From Bacteroidia bacterium (lineage in GTDB: Bacteria > Bacteroidota > Bacteroidia > NS11-12g > UBA955), in the NCBI GenBank assembly GCA_044371405.1, contig JBILTS010000003.1, positions 1-41,579 of the forward strand: DNA of 41,579 bases, written 5' to 3'. Both the position numbers and the translations under genes were made by a program. The notes under the pieces were generated by a model that saw only the letters and a program-made list of their open reading frames with translations, was not told the origin of the DNA and made no database searches. Shown piece by piece: positions 10,389-22,505 of the stretch (the stretch's first letter is position 1; the number at the start of each line of letters is the position of its first letter).

Positions 10389-10410
10389 TTTATTTTTACT
10401 TTATTAATTA

Positions 10411-10809
10411 TCAAGATACATAACACAAAACTTCACCGCCAACATTTTGAGTGCGGGCTTCTTTGTCGGTCATCACACCTTTTGAAGTTGTCAGTATGGC
10501 TACACCAAGTCCATTGAGTACGCGGGGCATACTTTCAACATTGGCATAACGGCGAAGACCCGGTGTACTGATTCTTGACAAGCTGCGAATTGCGCTTGCT
10601 TTTGTTACTGGATCATATTTCAAGGCAATTTTAATAACGCCCTGTTTGTTTGCTGAATCTTCAAATTTGTACTTTAGGATATAACCTTTTTCATACAATA
10701 CTCGGGTGATTTCCTTTTTAAGGTTGCTGGCTGGTATTTCCACAATTCTGTGCTTCGCCTTCATTGCGTTCCGCAACCGGGTCAGAAAATCTGATATAGG
10801 ATCGGTCAT
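10411..10809 (-). CDS. rpsH: 30S ribosomal protein uS8
   Basis: [31 protein letters not shown]. Confidence 0.99.
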   Translation of the reverse strand: MTDPISDFLTRLRNAMKAKHRIVEIPASNLKKEITRVLYEKGYILKYKFEDSANKQGVIKIALKYDPVTKASAIRSLSRISTPGLRRYANVESMPRVLNGLGVAILTTSKGVMTDKEARTQNVGGEVLCYVS

Positions 10810-10828
10810 TTTATTTACTTATTATTAA

Positions 10829-11098
10829 TTACCAACTTGATTTTGTTACACCTGGAATTTTTCCGTCGCTAGCTAGCAATCTGAACTGGTTACGACAAAT
10901 GCCAAAAGTACGAATGTAACCTCTTGGACGACCGGTCAGTTTGCATCTGTTGCGCAAGCGAACAGGTGATGCATTTCTTGGAATACGCTGCAGTGCCTCG
11001 TAATTTCCTTCTGCTTTTAAAGTGGCGCGTTTTTCAGCATAGCGTGCAACCAGTGCCTCACGTTTACGCTGTCTTGCCTTTATGGATTCTTTTGCCAT
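10829..11098 (-). CDS. rpsN: 30S ribosomal protein uS14 (89-aa form)
   Basis: MAKESIKAR...[14 protein letters not shown]...IPGVTKSSW. Confidence 0.98.
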   Translation of the reverse strand: MAKESIKARQRKREALVARYAEKRATLKAEGNYEALQRIPRNASPVRLRNRCKLTGRPRGYIRTFGICRNQFRLLASDGKIPGVTKSSW

Positions 11099-11103
11099 TT
11101 GTA

Positions 11104-11655
11104 TTATTTACTTTTAAAGGGAAAGCCCAACAACTTTAACAATTCCAAACATTCTTCGTCTGTTTTTGCTGTAGTAACGATGGTAATGTCCATCCCGGTA
11201 ATACGGTTTACCTTATCAATATCTATTTCAGGAAATATTATCTGTTCTGTGATGCCCATGTTGAAATTGCCACGGCCATCAAAACCTTTTACATTCAATC
11301 CCTGAAAGTCGCGAACACGAGGAAGTGCGATACTGATGAGGCGATGAATAAAATCATACATGGCCTCTTTGCGAAGGGTTACTCTTGCACCGATCGGCAT
11401 ATTTTCTCTCAATTTAAAGTTTGAGATGGCCTTACGGGAAAAAGTAGCCTGTGCTTTCTGACCTGAAATTTTAGTCATTTCTTCAACAGCGGCATCCACC
11501 AATTTCTTATCATTAACTGCAGCACCCACGCCCTGATTTAAGCTTACTTTTACCAGTCGGGGCATTTCCATTACATTTTTGTATCCGAATTTCTCTCTGA
11601 GAGCCGGTACAACTATTTCTTCGTAGCGGGTTTGCAGAAGTGGTTTATAACTCAT
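11104..11655 (-). CDS. rplE: 50S ribosomal protein uL5
   Basis: [32 protein letters not shown]. Confidence 0.99.
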   Translation of the reverse strand: MSYKPLLQTRYEEIVVPALREKFGYKNVMEMPRLVKVSLNQGVGAAVNDKKLVDAAVEEMTKISGQKAQATFSRKAISNFKLRENMPIGARVTLRKEAMYDFIHRLISIALPRVRDFQGLNVKGFDGRGNFNMGITEQIIFPEIDIDKVNRITGMDITIVTTAKTDEECLELLKLLGFPFKSK

Positions 11656-11666
11656 CTTTCTAATTC

Positions 11667-11993
11667 TTATTTAATAAATTCTCCGGTTTTGCGGGCAACT
11701 CTTTGAAGTTTTCCCTGTTCATTCACTTTTCTACTGATACGTGTTGGTTTTCCACCTACAACCACCATCAGATTAGAAATATGGATAGGGGCTTCTACCT
11801 TATCGATTTTACCACTGGTATTCTGTGCGGTTGGCTTGCGGTGTTTGGTTACGATATTCAAACCTTCAACCAACGCGCGGTTATCGGCAACGAGCACTTT
11901 GAGTACTTTTCCGGTTTTCCCTTTGTCATCTCCGGAAATAACCTTTACGGTATCTCCTTTTTTGATATGCAATTTAACTTTTGACACTTTCAA
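11667..11993 (-). CDS. rplX: 50S ribosomal protein uL24
   Basis: [18 protein letters not shown] (KOW), [11 protein letters not shown] or GTG start, exact codon uncertain. Confidence 0.97.
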   Translation of the reverse strand: MKVSKVKLHIKKGDTVKVISGDDKGKTGKVLKVLVADNRALVEGLNIVTKHRKPTAQNTSGKIDKVEAPIHISNLMVVVGGKPTRISRKVNEQGKLQRVARKTGEFIK

Positions 11994-11999
11994 TATTGA

Positions 12000-12368
12000 T
12001 TAAAGCACTTCAGGTGCAAGTGAAACAATTTTCATGAACTGCTTGTCGCGAAGCTCTCTGGCCACAGGTCCGAAAATACGGGTACCTCTGGGTTCATCAG
12101 ATGCATTTAACAGCACACAACTGTTCTCGTCGAAACGAATGTAGGATCCATCAGGACGGCGAACTTCTTTCTTAACGCGAACAACCACGGCCTTGGAAAC
12201 AGCTCCTTTTTTCATACCTCCACCTGGCATAGCGTCTTTTACGCTTACCACGATTTTATCGCCTACTGAGGCATAACGACGGCCTGAGCCACCTAGCACA
12301 CGAATACAAAGCACTTCGCGTGCACCGCTGTTATCAGCTACTTTTAATCTTGATTCCTGTTGTACCAT
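12000..12368 (-). CDS. rplN: 50S ribosomal protein uL14
   Basis: [27 protein letters not shown]. Confidence 0.99.
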   Translation of the reverse strand: MVQQESRLKVADNSGAREVLCIRVLGGSGRRYASVGDKIVVSVKDAMPGGGMKKGAVSKAVVVRVKKEVRRPDGSYIRFDENSCVLLNASDEPRGTRIFGPVARELRDKQFMKIVSLAPEVL

Positions 12369-12369
12369 C

Positions 12370-12630
12370 TTATTTAGCTTTTTCTACTACTTCGACCAAT
12401 CTCCAACGTTTGGTTTTGCTCAAAGGACGTGTTTCCATGATGCGAACGATATCGTTTTCACCACATTGGTTAGTTTCATCATGAGCGGTGTATTTCTTGG
12501 TCTTCTTGAAATACTTGCCATATTTGGGGTGTTTCACGTTACGAACAACCGCTACCACAATGGTCTTATCCATCTTAGTACTGGTTACCGTGCCGGTAAT
12601 TTCTTTCCGTGAATTCCTTGCTGTTTCCAT
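12370..12630 (-). CDS. rpsQ: 30S ribosomal protein uS17
   Basis: [25 protein letters not shown]. Confidence 0.99.
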   Translation of the reverse strand: METARNSRKEITGTVTSTKMDKTIVVAVVRNVKHPKYGKYFKKTKKYTAHDETNQCGENDIVRIMETRPLSKTKRWRLVEVVEKAK

Positions 12631-12866
12631 TAGTTATTCTCTCCGTTATTCTTTTTCATATAAGCAGCCAACTCTAACTGAATGCGACGACTGTTCAATT
12701 CTGTAAGCATTCTTGCAATGTTCTTACGGGTAATTGAAAGTTTGTGTGGCTGTTCAATTTGAGAAACTGTATTCTGGAACTTCATCTTTTGGTAACGCAT
12801 ACGTTCTTCTTTGTATGCGGTTACAAGTTCCTTATTTGACATTCCTTTAATTTCTTCGTTTTTCAT
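12630..12866 (-). CDS. rpmC: 50S ribosomal protein uL29
   Basis: [11 protein letters not shown] motif; lies between rplP and rpsQ. Confidence 0.93.
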   Translation of the reverse strand: MKNEEIKGMSNKELVTAYKEERMRYQKMKFQNTVSQIEQPHKLSITRKNIARMLTELNSRRIQLELAAYMKKNNGENN

Positions 12867-12868
12867 AA

Positions 12869-13294
12869 TTATGCCTCCTCAGCAAAATCAGGGCGTACAA
12901 CAAATTTTGTAGTCACAGGGAGTTTCTGGGCTGCAAGGCGCATGCCTTCTTTTGCAGTTTCCAACGGCACTCCACCTACCTCAAACATAATGGTTCCGGG
13001 TTTAACGGTGGCTACCCAATATTCGGGTGCACCTTTACCCTTACCCATACGCACCTCTGCGGGCTTTTTGGTTACAGGTTTATCAGGGAATATTCTAATC
13101 CACACCTGACCTTCACGCTTGAGATAACGGGTCAATGCAATACGTGCTGCTTCAATCTGGCGGGCTGTGATCCAATGAGGTTCAAGACTTTTCAATCCGA
13201 AGCTGCCGAAGTCAACTCGGTGACCACGGGTAGCAACGCCTTTCACACGGCCTTTCTGCTGTTTCCTGTATCGGGTTCTTTTTGGGCTTAGCAT
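12869..13294 (-). CDS. rplP: 50S ribosomal protein uL16
   Basis: [29 protein letters not shown]. Confidence 0.99.
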   Translation of the reverse strand: MLSPKRTRYRKQQKGRVKGVATRGHRVDFGSFGLKSLEPHWITARQIEAARIALTRYLKREGQVWIRIFPDKPVTKKPAEVRMGKGKGAPEYWVATVKPGTIMFEVGGVPLETAKEGMRLAAQKLPVTTKFVVRPDFAEEA

Positions 13295-13315
13295 TTTTTA
13301 CTCTTTTAATCTTAA

Positions 13316-14071
13316 TTATTTACGCTTACGGCGATCTCCACCACCTCCAGGGCGAGGTCCTCTGTCACGATCCCTGCCTCTGTCATCACGGCCTCTTGCG
13401 CCATCGCGCTTTCTTTCTGTATCCAACTGTGGTGCCAAATCAACTTTACCATAGATTTCACCACGGCAAAGCCAAACTTTGATTCCTATTTTACCATATA
13501 CAGTTTGTGCTTCAACAATGGCGTAATCGATATTACTTCTCAGCGTGTGCAAAGGTGTACGACCATCTTTATACATTTCTGAACGGGCTATTTCGCCACC
13601 ATTCAGACGTCCGCTGATTCTAACCTTAATGCCCTCTGCACCCATTTTCATGCTGCTTTGGATTGCATTTTTTACGGCACGTTTGTATGAAAAACGATTC
13701 TCAATTTGCTGGGCAATATTCTCACCTACAAGTTGAGCATCAAGTTCAGGCCTTTTAATTTCATTGATATTGATTTGTACATCCTTGCCGGTAATCTTGC
13801 GAATTTCCTCACGGATGGTATCAACTTCTTGACCACCCCGGCCGATAACGATGCCTGGGCGTGAAGTATGAATTGTAATGGTGATACGCTTAAGAGTGCG
13901 TTCAATTACCACTTTGGCTATACCTCCCTTGGGTATGCGAACACGCAGATATTTACGTATTTTTTCGTCTTCTACCAGTTTATCACCGTAGTCTTTTCCT
14001 CCGTACCAGTTGGAGTCCCATCCACGGATGATACCCAGACGCAGTCCTATTGGGTTTACCTTTTGTCCCAT
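13316..14071 (-). CDS. rpsC: 30S ribosomal protein uS3
   Basis: [29 protein letters not shown]; R/D/G-rich tail. Confidence 0.99.
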   Translation of the reverse strand: MGQKVNPIGLRLGIIRGWDSNWYGGKDYGDKLVEDEKIRKYLRVRIPKGGIAKVVIERTLKRITITIHTSRPGIVIGRGGQEVDTIREEIRKITGKDVQININEIKRPELDAQLVGENIAQQIENRFSYKRAVKNAIQSSMKMGAEGIKVRISGRLNGGEIARSEMYKDGRTPLHTLRSNIDYAIVEAQTVYGKIGIKVWLCRGEIYGKVDLAPQLDTERKRDGARGRDDRGRDRDRGPRPGGGGDRRKRK

Positions 14072-14072
14072 A

Positions 14073-14438
14073 TTAGTTATTTACCTCGCTTTTCGTTACA
14101 GTATCAATTACAATAGTTACATGGTTACTGCGCTTGCGCTGTCTGTAACCCCTACCTTGTGGCGCTGTGCGCAGACGCTTCATGGTAACACCACCGTCAA
14201 CCAGAATTGATTTTACATACAAATCGCTATCTTCTATGCGTTCACCTGAATTGATTTGGCTCCAGTTCGCAACACCACTTCGAATGAGTTTGCTCAAAAA
14301 CAAAGCATAGCCGGGTTTTTGATTCCATTGAAGGATGTTGAGAGCACGTTCTACTTTCTGACCACGAACCAAATCTGCCACCATTCGCATTTTACGGGGT
14401 GATAGCGGGCAGTTTCTCAAAATTGCTTTAGCTTCCAT
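14073..14438 (-). CDS. rplV: 50S ribosomal protein uL22
   Basis: [29 protein letters not shown]. Confidence 0.98.
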   Translation of the reverse strand: MEAKAILRNCPLSPRKMRMVADLVRGQKVERALNILQWNQKPGYALFLSKLIRSGVANWSQINSGERIEDSDLYVKSILVDGGVTMKRLRTAPQGRGYRQRKRSNHVTIVIDTVTKSEVNN

Positions 14439-14454
14439 TTTGTTTCTACCTTAA

Positions 14455-14712
14455 TTATTTGCTGTGACCTTTGAAAGTGCGGGTTGGTGCGAACTCACCC
14501 AGCTTGTGACCTACCATATTCTCGGTTACATATACCGGAATAAATTTATTTCCATTGTGCACAGCAAAAGTGTGTCCCACAAAATCGGGAAGTATCATGC
14601 TGCGGCGCGACCAAGTTTTAACAACTGATTTCTTGCTACCCTCGTTCAGAACGGTAACCTTGCGCATCAACTTATAATCTACAAAGGGTCCTTTTTTTAC
14701 TGACCTTGCCAT
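14455..14712 (-). CDS. rpsS: 30S ribosomal protein uS19
   Basis: [30 protein letters not shown]. Confidence 0.99.
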   Translation of the reverse strand: MARSVKKGPFVDYKLMRKVTVLNEGSKKSVVKTWSRRSMILPDFVGHTFAVHNGNKFIPVYVTENMVGHKLGEFAPTRTFKGHSK

Positions 14713-14725
14713 TTTCTTTTAATTA

Positions 14726-15562
<837 letters not shown>

Positions 15563-15564
15563 GA

Positions 15565-15849
15565 TCAGATGTTTTCGTAAAAGTCAATGTTGAAACCTTC
15601 TTTTAACGTCACGATGGCCTTTTTATACCCGTTGGTATAACCGGAGATCTGGCCTGTGCGTCTGTTGCGACGCATTTTCCCCCTTGCAATCATTGTGTTT
15701 ACTGATGCCACTTCCACACCATAGAAATCTTCGATGGCCTTTTTGATTTCGTCTTTGGTAGATTTTTTATCTACAACGAAACCATATTGACCACGCTTAT
15801 CCATGATAGCGGTCATTTTTTCAGTAATCAACGGCTTCTTGAGTATCAT
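15565..15849 (-). CDS. rplW: 50S ribosomal protein uL23
   Basis: [18 protein letters not shown]. Confidence 0.98.
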   Translation of the reverse strand: MILKKPLITEKMTAIMDKRGQYGFVVDKKSTKDEIKKAIEDFYGVEVASVNTMIARGKMRRNRRTGQISGYTNGYKKAIVTLKEGFNIDFYENI

Positions 15850-16472
15850 TGTTTATTGGATTCTTCTAATTTATTTAATGCACCTTCAGTGAGAATAAGC
15901 TTACCAGCTTTCAACACTTCATATGTATTGATATCTGCAGCTTTCATTACACGGTTCCCTTCAATGTTTCTGCCGCTTAGATAAACATTTTTGTTAGTGT
16001 CAGCAGTTACGAATAAAGTACGTCCATTGATTTTCAAAGCATTCAAGAAGCCCATGAATTCGGCTGTTTTCGGTGTTGCCATTTCAAAGTCCTCTACAAC
16101 CAAAATATTGTTCTCTTTTGCCTTGTAGCTTAGTGCGCTCAAACGAGCAAGCTTTTTCAATTTTTTATTTAACTTAAAGGAATAATCACGGGGACGTGGA
16201 CCATGAATACGACCACCACCCACATAGATACCTGACTTTAAGCTTCCATGACGAGCTCCTCCGGTGCCTTTTTGACGAAACACCTTGCGTGTACTACGGC
16301 TGATTTCCGAGCGATCCTTGGTCTTGTGCGTTCCCTGGCGCTGATTGGCCTGGAATTGTTTAACATCAAGCCATATAGCGTGATCATTGGGTTCGATACC
16401 GAAGATATCACTGGATAAGGTAACTGACCTTCCGGTGTCTGCACCCTGCTTGTTTAATACATTTAACTTCAT
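15846..16472 (-). CDS. rplD: 50S ribosomal protein uL4
   Basis: [26 protein letters not shown]. Confidence 0.99.
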   Translation of the reverse strand: MKLNVLNKQGADTGRSVTLSSDIFGIEPNDHAIWLDVKQFQANQRQGTHKTKDRSEISRSTRKVFRQKGTGGARHGSLKSGIYVGGGRIHGPRPRDYSFKLNKKLKKLARLSALSYKAKENNILVVEDFEMATPKTAEFMGFLNALKINGRTLFVTADTNKNVYLSGRNIEGNRVMKAADINTYEVLKAGKLILTEGALNKLEESNKQ

Positions 16473-16474
16473 GA

Positions 16475-17101
16475 TTAACGCTCAACTATTACGGTGGAAC
16501 CATTATGGCCAGGGACAGAACCCTTAACCAACAATAAATTTTGTTCGGGTACGATACGGAGCACCTGCACATTCAATGCTTTTACACGGCGGTTACCAGT
16601 TTGGCCTGCCATACGAATTCCCTTAAATACACGTGCAGGAAAAGAACATGCACCAATAGAACCTGGAGCGCGCAGACGGTTGTGCTGACCATGGGTAGCT
16701 TCACCTACACCAGCGAATCCATGGCGTTTAACCACACCCTGAAATCCCTTACCTTTAGAGGTACCTACCACATCAACAAACTGTCCTTCTTCGAAAATAG
16801 ATACATCAAAAACGTCTCCCAATTTTGCAGAGGCTTCCTCTTCACTGGGATTACGGAATTCAATAAAATCCTTTTTTGCTTCGGTATTGGCTTTAGCACA
16901 ATGCCCCTTGAGTGCGGCACCGGCTCTTTTTTCTTTTTTCTCACCCCAAGCCATTTGGATAGCACTGTAACCATCCTTCTCTTGGGTTTTTACCTGTGTA
17001 ATAACACAAGGACCTGCTTCAATTACCGTGCAGGCAACTTTACGTCCATCAGCATCAAATATGCTGGTCATTCCGAGTTTTTTTCCAATCAATCCTTCCA
17101 T
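16475..17101 (-). CDS. rplC: 50S ribosomal protein uL3
   Basis: [30 protein letters not shown]. Confidence 0.99.
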   Translation of the reverse strand: MEGLIGKKLGMTSIFDADGRKVACTVIEAGPCVITQVKTQEKDGYSAIQMAWGEKKEKRAGAALKGHCAKANTEAKKDFIEFRNPSEEEASAKLGDVFDVSIFEEGQFVDVVGTSKGKGFQGVVKRHGFAGVGEATHGQHNRLRAPGSIGACSFPARVFKGIRMAGQTGNRRVKALNVQVLRIVPEQNLLLVKGSVPGHNGSTVIVER

Positions 17102-17109
17102 GGTTCAAA

Positions 17110-17418
17110 TCATAATTTGATTTCAACTTCTACCCCGCTGGGCAGTTCAATTTTCATCAGGGCATCTACTGTTTTGGTAGATCCATTGTAAATATCAATC
17201 AGTCTCTGATAGGTACAGTACTGGAATTGCTCACGCGCTTTTTTATTTACGTGTGGAGAACGCAGGACGGTGAAGATCTTCTTCCGGGTAGGAAGAGGAA
17301 CTGGACCACTAACCACAACATCGGTGGTACGCACTGCCTTCACAATTTTCTCTGCGCTTTTATCGAGCAGACTGTGATCGAAAGACTTTAATTTTATGCG
17401 AATCTTCTGACTTAACAT
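17110..17418 (-). CDS. rpsJ: 30S ribosomal protein uS10
   Basis: [31 protein letters not shown]. Confidence 0.99.
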   Translation of the reverse strand: MLSQKIRIKLKSFDHSLLDKSAEKIVKAVRTTDVVVSGPVPLPTRKKIFTVLRSPHVNKKAREQFQYCTYQRLIDIYNGSTKTVDALMKIELPSGVEVEIKL

Positions 17419-17426
17419 TTTTCTAA

Positions 17427-19562
17427 TTATTTGCTGGCTGCTCCGTTAACTTTTTTCAAAACCTCGTCGGCAATGTTTCTGGGAGTCTCCGAGTAGTGAC
17501 TAAATTCCATGCTTGAGGTGGCACGACCTGAAGTGATGGTACGCAGGGTGGTTACATAACCAAACATTTCGCTCAGCGGAACTTTGGCTTTTACTACCTG
17601 AGAACCGGCACGCTCATCAATACCCTCGAGCTGTCCGCGACGACGGTTAAGATCGCCCATTACATCTCCTGTATTTTCTGCAGGGGTTACCACTTCGAGT
17701 TTCATTATTGGTTCCAGTAAAACCGGTCCACAATTGCGTGCTGCATCGCGGAAACCGCCTCTAGCTGCTACTTCAAATGAAAGTGAATCAGAATCTACAG
17801 GGTGGAAAGAACCATCAAACAAACGAACTTTGATTGAACTGATGGGGTATCCTGCGAGTACACCATTCTGCATAGCAGCTTTGAAACCCTTTTCAACAGA
17901 AGGAATAAATTCACGAGGGATGGAACCACCTACGATTTCATTCACAAATTGCAGGCCTTCAACTTTGAAATCTTCATCTGCGGGGCCAAGTTCAAACTGA
18001 ATATCGGCAAATTTACCACGACCACCTGTTTGTTTCTTGTAAACCTCGCGGTGGGTATAATTGCGGGTAATGGCTTCTTTGTAAGCAACCTGAGGGGCAC
18101 CCTGATTACATTCCACTTTGAACTCACGCTTCAGACGATCCACAATGATTTCAAGGTGCAATTCACCCATACCTGACACGATAGTCTGGCCGGTGTCCTG
18201 GTCTGTTTGTACACGGAAAGTAGGATCTTCTTCAGCAAGCTTTGACAGTGCAGTACTCAGTTTATCGCTATCGGCCTGGGTTTTTGGCTCGATTGCTAGA
18301 CCGATTACCGGGTCAGGGAAAACCATGGATTCAAGCACGATAGGGTTCTTTTCGTCGCAAAGTGTATCTCCTGTTTTGATATCTTTAAAACCAACAGCAG
18401 CGCCAATGTCACCGGCACCGAGTGATTCAATTGCATTCTGTTTGTTTGCGTGCATTTGGAAAATACGGCTGATACGTTCTTTATTACCACTACGGGTATT
18501 CAGAACATAAGAACCTGCATCCAGTTTGCCACTGTAAGCACGCATGAAGGCCAAACGGCCAACGTAAGGGTCGGTAGCAATTTTGAAAGCAAGAGCACTA
18601 AAGGGATCGTCGTATGATGGCTTGCGGGAAATCTCTGCTTCGGTATCGGGGTTTGTACCTTTGATACTTTCCTTATCCAGCGGACTGGGCATCAATTCCA
18701 TTACAAGATCCAGCATGGTTTGAACACCTTTATTTTTGAAAGATGAACCACAAACCATGGGAACGATTTTCATTTCCAAGGTGGCCTGGCGAAGAGCATT
18801 GAGGATTTCACGTTCAGTGATGCTGGCTGGATCCTCAAAGAATTTTTCCATCAGGGTAACATCATACTCAGATACAGCTTCGAGGAGTTTTTCTCGCCAC
18901 TCATGAGCTTCTGCTTCCATTTCGGCAGGAATGGGAACTACCTGATAGGTCATACCTTTATCAGCTTCATTCCAAATCATACCGCGGTTATTGATAAGGT
19001 CAACAACTCCTTTGAAGTTATCTTCTGCGCCAATTGGCAACTGGAGCGGAACAGCATTACTGCCAAGCATGTCACGAACCTGATTTACCACGTTAAGGAA
19101 ATCAGCACCGGCGCGATCCATTTTGTTTACGAAACCGATACGGGCGACATTATAGTTGTTGGCCAAACGCCAGTTTGTTTCTGACTGTGGCTCTACACCA
19201 TCAACTGCACTGAAAAGAAAAACGAGTCCATCTAATACGCGCAGTGAACGGTTTACCTCTACGGTAAAGTCAACGTGACCGGGTGTATCAATGATGTTGA
19301 TGTGATATTCTTTGGTATCCGCATTAGGACGGCCGTCTGTGGTAGGATAATTCCATTTAACGGTTGTGGCAGCCGAAGTAATGGTAATACCCCTCTCCTG
19401 CTCCTGAACCATCCAGTCCATGGTGGCTGCACCATCATGCACTTCACCAATCTTGTGGTTCACACCCGCATAATAAAGAATGCGTTCTGTGGTAGTGGTT
19501 TTACCAGCATCGATGTGAGCGGCAATTCCGATGTTTCTTGTATATCTAAGGTCGCGTGACAT
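17427..19562 (-). CDS. fusA: Elongation factor G
   Basis: [30 protein letters not shown]. Confidence 0.99.
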   Translation of the reverse strand: MSRDLRYTRNIGIAAHIDAGKTTTTERILYYAGVNHKIGEVHDGAATMDWMVQEQERGITITSAATTVKWNYPTTDGRPNADTKEYHINIIDTPGHVDFTVEVNRSLRVLDGLVFLFSAVDGVEPQSETNWRLANNYNVARIGFVNKMDRAGADFLNVVNQVRDMLGSNAVPLQLPIGAEDNFKGVVDLINNRGMIWNEADKGMTYQVVPIPAEMEAEAHEWREKLLEAVSEYDVTLMEKFFEDPASITEREILNALRQATLEMKIVPMVCGSSFKNKGVQTMLDLVMELMPSPLDKESIKGTNPDTEAEISRKPSYDDPFSALAFKIATDPYVGRLAFMRAYSGKLDAGSYVLNTRSGNKERISRIFQMHANKQNAIESLGAGDIGAAVGFKDIKTGDTLCDEKNPIVLESMVFPDPVIGLAIEPKTQADSDKLSTALSKLAEEDPTFRVQTDQDTGQTIVSGMGELHLEIIVDRLKREFKVECNQGAPQVAYKEAITRNYTHREVYKKQTGGRGKFADIQFELGPADEDFKVEGLQFVNEIVGGSIPREFIPSVEKGFKAAMQNGVLAGYPISSIKVRLFDGSFHPVDSDSLSFEVAARGGFRDAARNCGPVLLEPIMKLEVVTPAENTGDVMGDLNRRRGQLEGIDERAGSQVVKAKVPLSEMFGYVTTLRTITSGRATSSMEFSHYSETPRNIADEVLKKVNGAASK

Positions 19563-19586
19563 GTATCTTCTTCTCTTCTTACTATA

Positions 19587-20057
19587 TTAAACCCTGAAAT
19601 GTGAGAATGCCTTGTTGGCTTCTGCCATTTTATGGGTATCTTCTTTTTTCTTGACTGCGGCTCCTTCACCTTTGGAAGCAGCTAGAATTTCACCTGCCAG
19701 TTTTTCTGCCATTGATTTCTCGTTTCGCTTGCGAGCGTATCCTATCATCCACTTCATGCCAACGGCAGTGCGGCGACGGGGAGAAACCTCGGTAGGAATC
19801 TGAAAAGTAGCACCCCCTACGCGGCGGGCTTTAACCTCAACTGTTGGCATTACATTATTGAGGGCCTTGCGCCAGGTTTCCAAACCGGGCTCATCCGGGG
19901 CTTTTTTCTCAACTATTTCCAAAGCATCATAGAAAAGACTGTATGCCAGTGATTTTTTTCCATCATACATAAGGCCATTCACAAAACGGGTTACAACAGT
20001 GTCGTTGAACTTCGGATCGGGCAGAAGGAGGCGTTTTTTAGCGCGGGTTTTTCTCAT
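19587..20057 (-). CDS. rpsG: 30S ribosomal protein uS7
   Basis: [24 protein letters not shown]. Confidence 0.99.
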   Translation of the reverse strand: MRKTRAKKRLLLPDPKFNDTVVTRFVNGLMYDGKKSLAYSLFYDALEIVEKKAPDEPGLETWRKALNNVMPTVEVKARRVGGATFQIPTEVSPRRRTAVGMKWMIGYARKRNEKSMAEKLAGEILAASKGEGAAVKKKEDTHKMAEANKAFSHFRV

Positions 20058-20090
20058 GGTCTGTCAGGTATACCTATTTATATATTGGAC

Positions 20091-20468
20091 TTATTTTTTC
20101 TTTGGACGTTTGGTACCGTATTTAGAGCGGCGCTGGTTGCGGCCTTCAACACCTGCGGTATCTAATGCGCCGCGGACGATGTGGTAACGAACACCTGGAA
20201 GATCTTTAACCCTTCCTCCGCGAACCAGCACTATGCTGTGTTCCTGAAGGTTGTGACCTTCACCGGGGATGTAGGCATTCACTTCTTTTCCATTGCTCAA
20301 TCGAACACGGGCCACTTTGCGAAGTGCTGAATTAGGTTTCTTAGGCGTGGTGGTATAAACACGTGTGCAAACACCACGACGCTGGGGGCATGAATCAAGG
20401 GCGGGCGACTTGCTCTTCCAGAGCGTCTCCTGGCGACCTTTGCGTATTAACTGTTGAATAGTAGGCAT
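20091..20468 (-). CDS. rpsL: 30S ribosomal protein uS12
   Basis: [29 protein letters not shown]. Confidence 0.99.
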   Translation of the reverse strand: MPTIQQLIRKGRQETLWKSKSPALDSCPQRRGVCTRVYTTTPKKPNSALRKVARVRLSNGKEVNAYIPGEGHNLQEHSIVLVRGGRVKDLPGVRYHIVRGALDTAGVEGRNQRRSKYGTKRPKKK

Positions 20469-20490
20469 ACTATCTCCTCAAAAAGGGCAG

Positions 20491-20498
20491 CAAAAATA
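20491..20498 (-). promoter_or_regulatory. -7 promoter box (TATTTTTG) at the head of the ribosomal cluster
   Basis: Exact TAnnTTTG match, 22 nt upstream of the rpsL ATG. Confidence 0.7.
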
Positions 20499-20560
20499 CA
20501 GCTATTTTTTCGCAAAACCAACACTGTAAGTAAAATTTTCTTATTCCCCACAAATAATGT

Positions 20561-20568
20561 TAAGTTTG
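20561..20568 (+). promoter_or_regulatory. -7 promoter box (TAAGTTTG) for the LTA-synthase-family gene
   Basis: Exact TAnnTTTG match. It implies a true start downstream of the ORF-track start at 20454. Confidence 0.5.
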
Positions 20569-20600
20569 TGTTGCGAAAACGCAAGAAATTCGCATCAGAA

Positions 20601-22505
20601 TTGACAATCAGAAGCATTATAAAGACCTTTTTCTCTCACATTATAATTAGGCAAGCCGGTTTTTGCCTGTTGATAATGTCCCTTTCAAGGATGTTTTGGG
20701 GCGTTTTCAATCATGAAATCTTCTCGGAAGCAGAAAATTTTGAAGTCATGGCGGGTGTTTTATGGGGGATGTTTTTTGACCTGCCGATTCTGGCCTACTT
20801 TTTCCTACCCTTGTGGATATGGTCATTTTTTTTCCCGCGTTCAGCCCAAAAGTCTCCTAGGATTTCAAAGATATTAATGACTATCTGTGCATTACCGGTG
20901 CTATTACTGAACGGCATTGATACTGCATACAGCAGGGTTTCAGGCAGAAGAAGCGGTGCTGAAATATTTGACATGATTCTGGATCCGGGTAATTCACTGT
21001 GGCAGTATGCCGCTGAATATTGGCCGGGATTTCTGATTCTATTCGGGGCACTATATATGGTATACCGATTTACGCCAACAGAAGGTATCCCTGTTTACAC
21101 CAACATTAAATATGAGTGGCGAAAGTCGTTATTTGCTTCAATACTCTTTATCTGCATCTGGACATTCAGTGCGAGGGGGGGCTTCCACCTTAGACCGCTT
21201 TGTACGCTGCATGCCAGTTTATATGTGAGACCAGAGCTTACACTTTTAACTGTAAGTACTCCATTGAACATAATAACCATGCCTGGCGGTGAGGAAATTC
21301 CTGAAACCAGGCTAATGAGCATTGAAAAAGCTGAAGACATAGTAAAACCAGAGTTCAAAAACAGTAAAGCTACTAAGAGTGGAAAGCAAAATGTCATATT
21401 AATCATTGTAGAAAGCCTTGGCCGGGATTATACCGGTTTTTTAAATGGCAAACCCTACACTCCTTTTTTAGACAGCTTCAGCAGGAAATGTATTAATTTT
21501 AGGTATTGCTATGCTAATGGGACACGGAGTATAGAAATGGTGCCCAGTATTTTTTGTGGTATGCCTGGCATGATAGAAACACATTATTTGAACAGCGGTT
21601 ATGTCGGAAACACCATGGAAAATGCCTTCAATGTTTTTCATCGGGCAGGATATAGTACCGGTTTTTTTCACGGCGCAGCCAATGGCACCATGTCTTTCCA
21701 AGGTTTTCTGCAGCAAACCGGGAAGGTTCATTATTATGGCAGGGATGAATATCCAAAGGAAGACTACGATAGAGATTTTGATGGAAACTGGGGGATTTTT
21801 GACGAGCCCTACCTTCATTATTTCTTAAAATGCTGCGACACCATGAGAAAACCTTTCTTCAATGCGGTTTTCACATTATCATCTCACCATCCCTATAAAG
21901 TACCTGAAAAACTGGATAAGAAGTTCCCCAATGGCAAACTGCCAATTCATAAGAGCATCAGGTATACCGATTATGCATTAAAGTCGTTCTTTGACAAGGT
22001 GCGTGAATATTCGTGGTTTGACAACACGCTATTTATAATCACAGGTGACCATACCAGTTATGGCGAGGAAGATTATTTTTACAGTGAAAGCGGACATTAT
22101 GAAATCCCCTTGCTTTTTTACGGGAATAACATTGAACCAAAAGTGATTGATAAAACGGTATCACAATGTGATATTATACCTGCTATAATGCATTTAGGCG
22201 GAATAAGCGGTACTCTTTATGGATTTGGTAAAAACCCATTTGACACTAGTTACATGGGGTATAGTCTGCACAAAGAAAAAAATCTTTACTACATCATACA
22301 ATACCCATTTGCCCTGGGTATGGATGCGGATGGGAATGTAAAAGACTTCCACCTTCAGTACCGAAACAAGAAAAAACCAACATACCTCCAAAAAGATGGC
22401 AGTATTTATTATTCACTGCTAATTACACTGAAAGCACATGTTCAGTTATTTACAGACAATGTGCGAAATAACAAGTGGCATGCAAAACAACCGGCAGTGC
22501 AGTAA
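20601..22505 (+). CDS. LTA synthase family / sulfatase-superfamily membrane phosphotransferase
   Basis: Several N-terminal TM helices, ARGG, NVILIIVESLG, TPFLDS, NGTRSIE, TLSSHHPY, TGDH. Start uncertain (TTG 20571 or 20601, or ATG 20676). Confidence 0.88.
   Translation: MTIRSIIKTFFSHIIIRQAGFCLLIMSLSRMFWGVFNHEIFSEAENFEVMAGVLWGMFFDLPILAYFFLPLWIWSFFFPRSAQKSPRISKILMTICALPVLLLNGIDTAYSRVSGRRSGAEIFDMILDPGNSLWQYAAEYWPGFLILFGALYMVYRFTPTEGIPVYTNIKYEWRKSLFASILFICIWTFSARGGFHLRPLCTLHASLYVRPELTLLTVSTPLNIITMPGGEEIPETRLMSIEKAEDIVKPEFKNSKATKSGKQNVILIIVESLGRDYTGFLNGKPYTPFLDSFSRKCINFRYCYANGTRSIEMVPSIFCGMPGMIETHYLNSGYVGNTMENAFNVFHRAGYSTGFFHGAANGTMSFQGFLQQTGKVHYYGRDEYPKEDYDRDFDGNWGIFDEPYLHYFLKCCDTMRKPFFNAVFTLSSHHPYKVPEKLDKKFPNGKLPIHKSIRYTDYALKSFFDKVREYSWFDNTLFIITGDHTSYGEEDYFYSESGHYEIPLLFYGNNIEPKVIDKTVSQCDIIPAIMHLGGISGTLYGFGKNPFDTSYMGYSLHKEKNLYYIIQYPFALGMDADGNVKDFHLQYRNKKKPTYLQKDGSIYYSLLITLKAHVQLFTDNVRNNKWHAKQPAVQ

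Noticed and set aside
16541-17191. 216-aa ORF antisense to rplC/rpsJ, and many other antisense ORFs over the ribosomal cluster, fusA and the large genes
   Set aside because: Shadow frames of conserved genes with biased codon use; no recognisable motifs or promoter context.
19300-19360. Insertion [15 protein letters not shown] in the EF-G G domain
   Set aside because: Similar insertions are familiar from other Bacteroidota EF-G sequences.
17419-19586. No tuf after fusA, and no adk or map after secY
   Set aside because: fusA-rpsJ adjacency is normal in Bacteroidota, and secY-infA without map occurs in several of its lineages.
20190-20350. Streptomycin-resistance alleles in uS12
   Set aside because: PKKPNS and RVKDLPG are wild type.
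20454-20600. Long N-terminal extensions in the ORF track (LTA synthase; also porQ 38050, ribF 37646, cmk 36867, HAD 40226)
   Set aside because: They overlap neighbouring genes or promoter boxes. Downstream starts fit family N-termini better.
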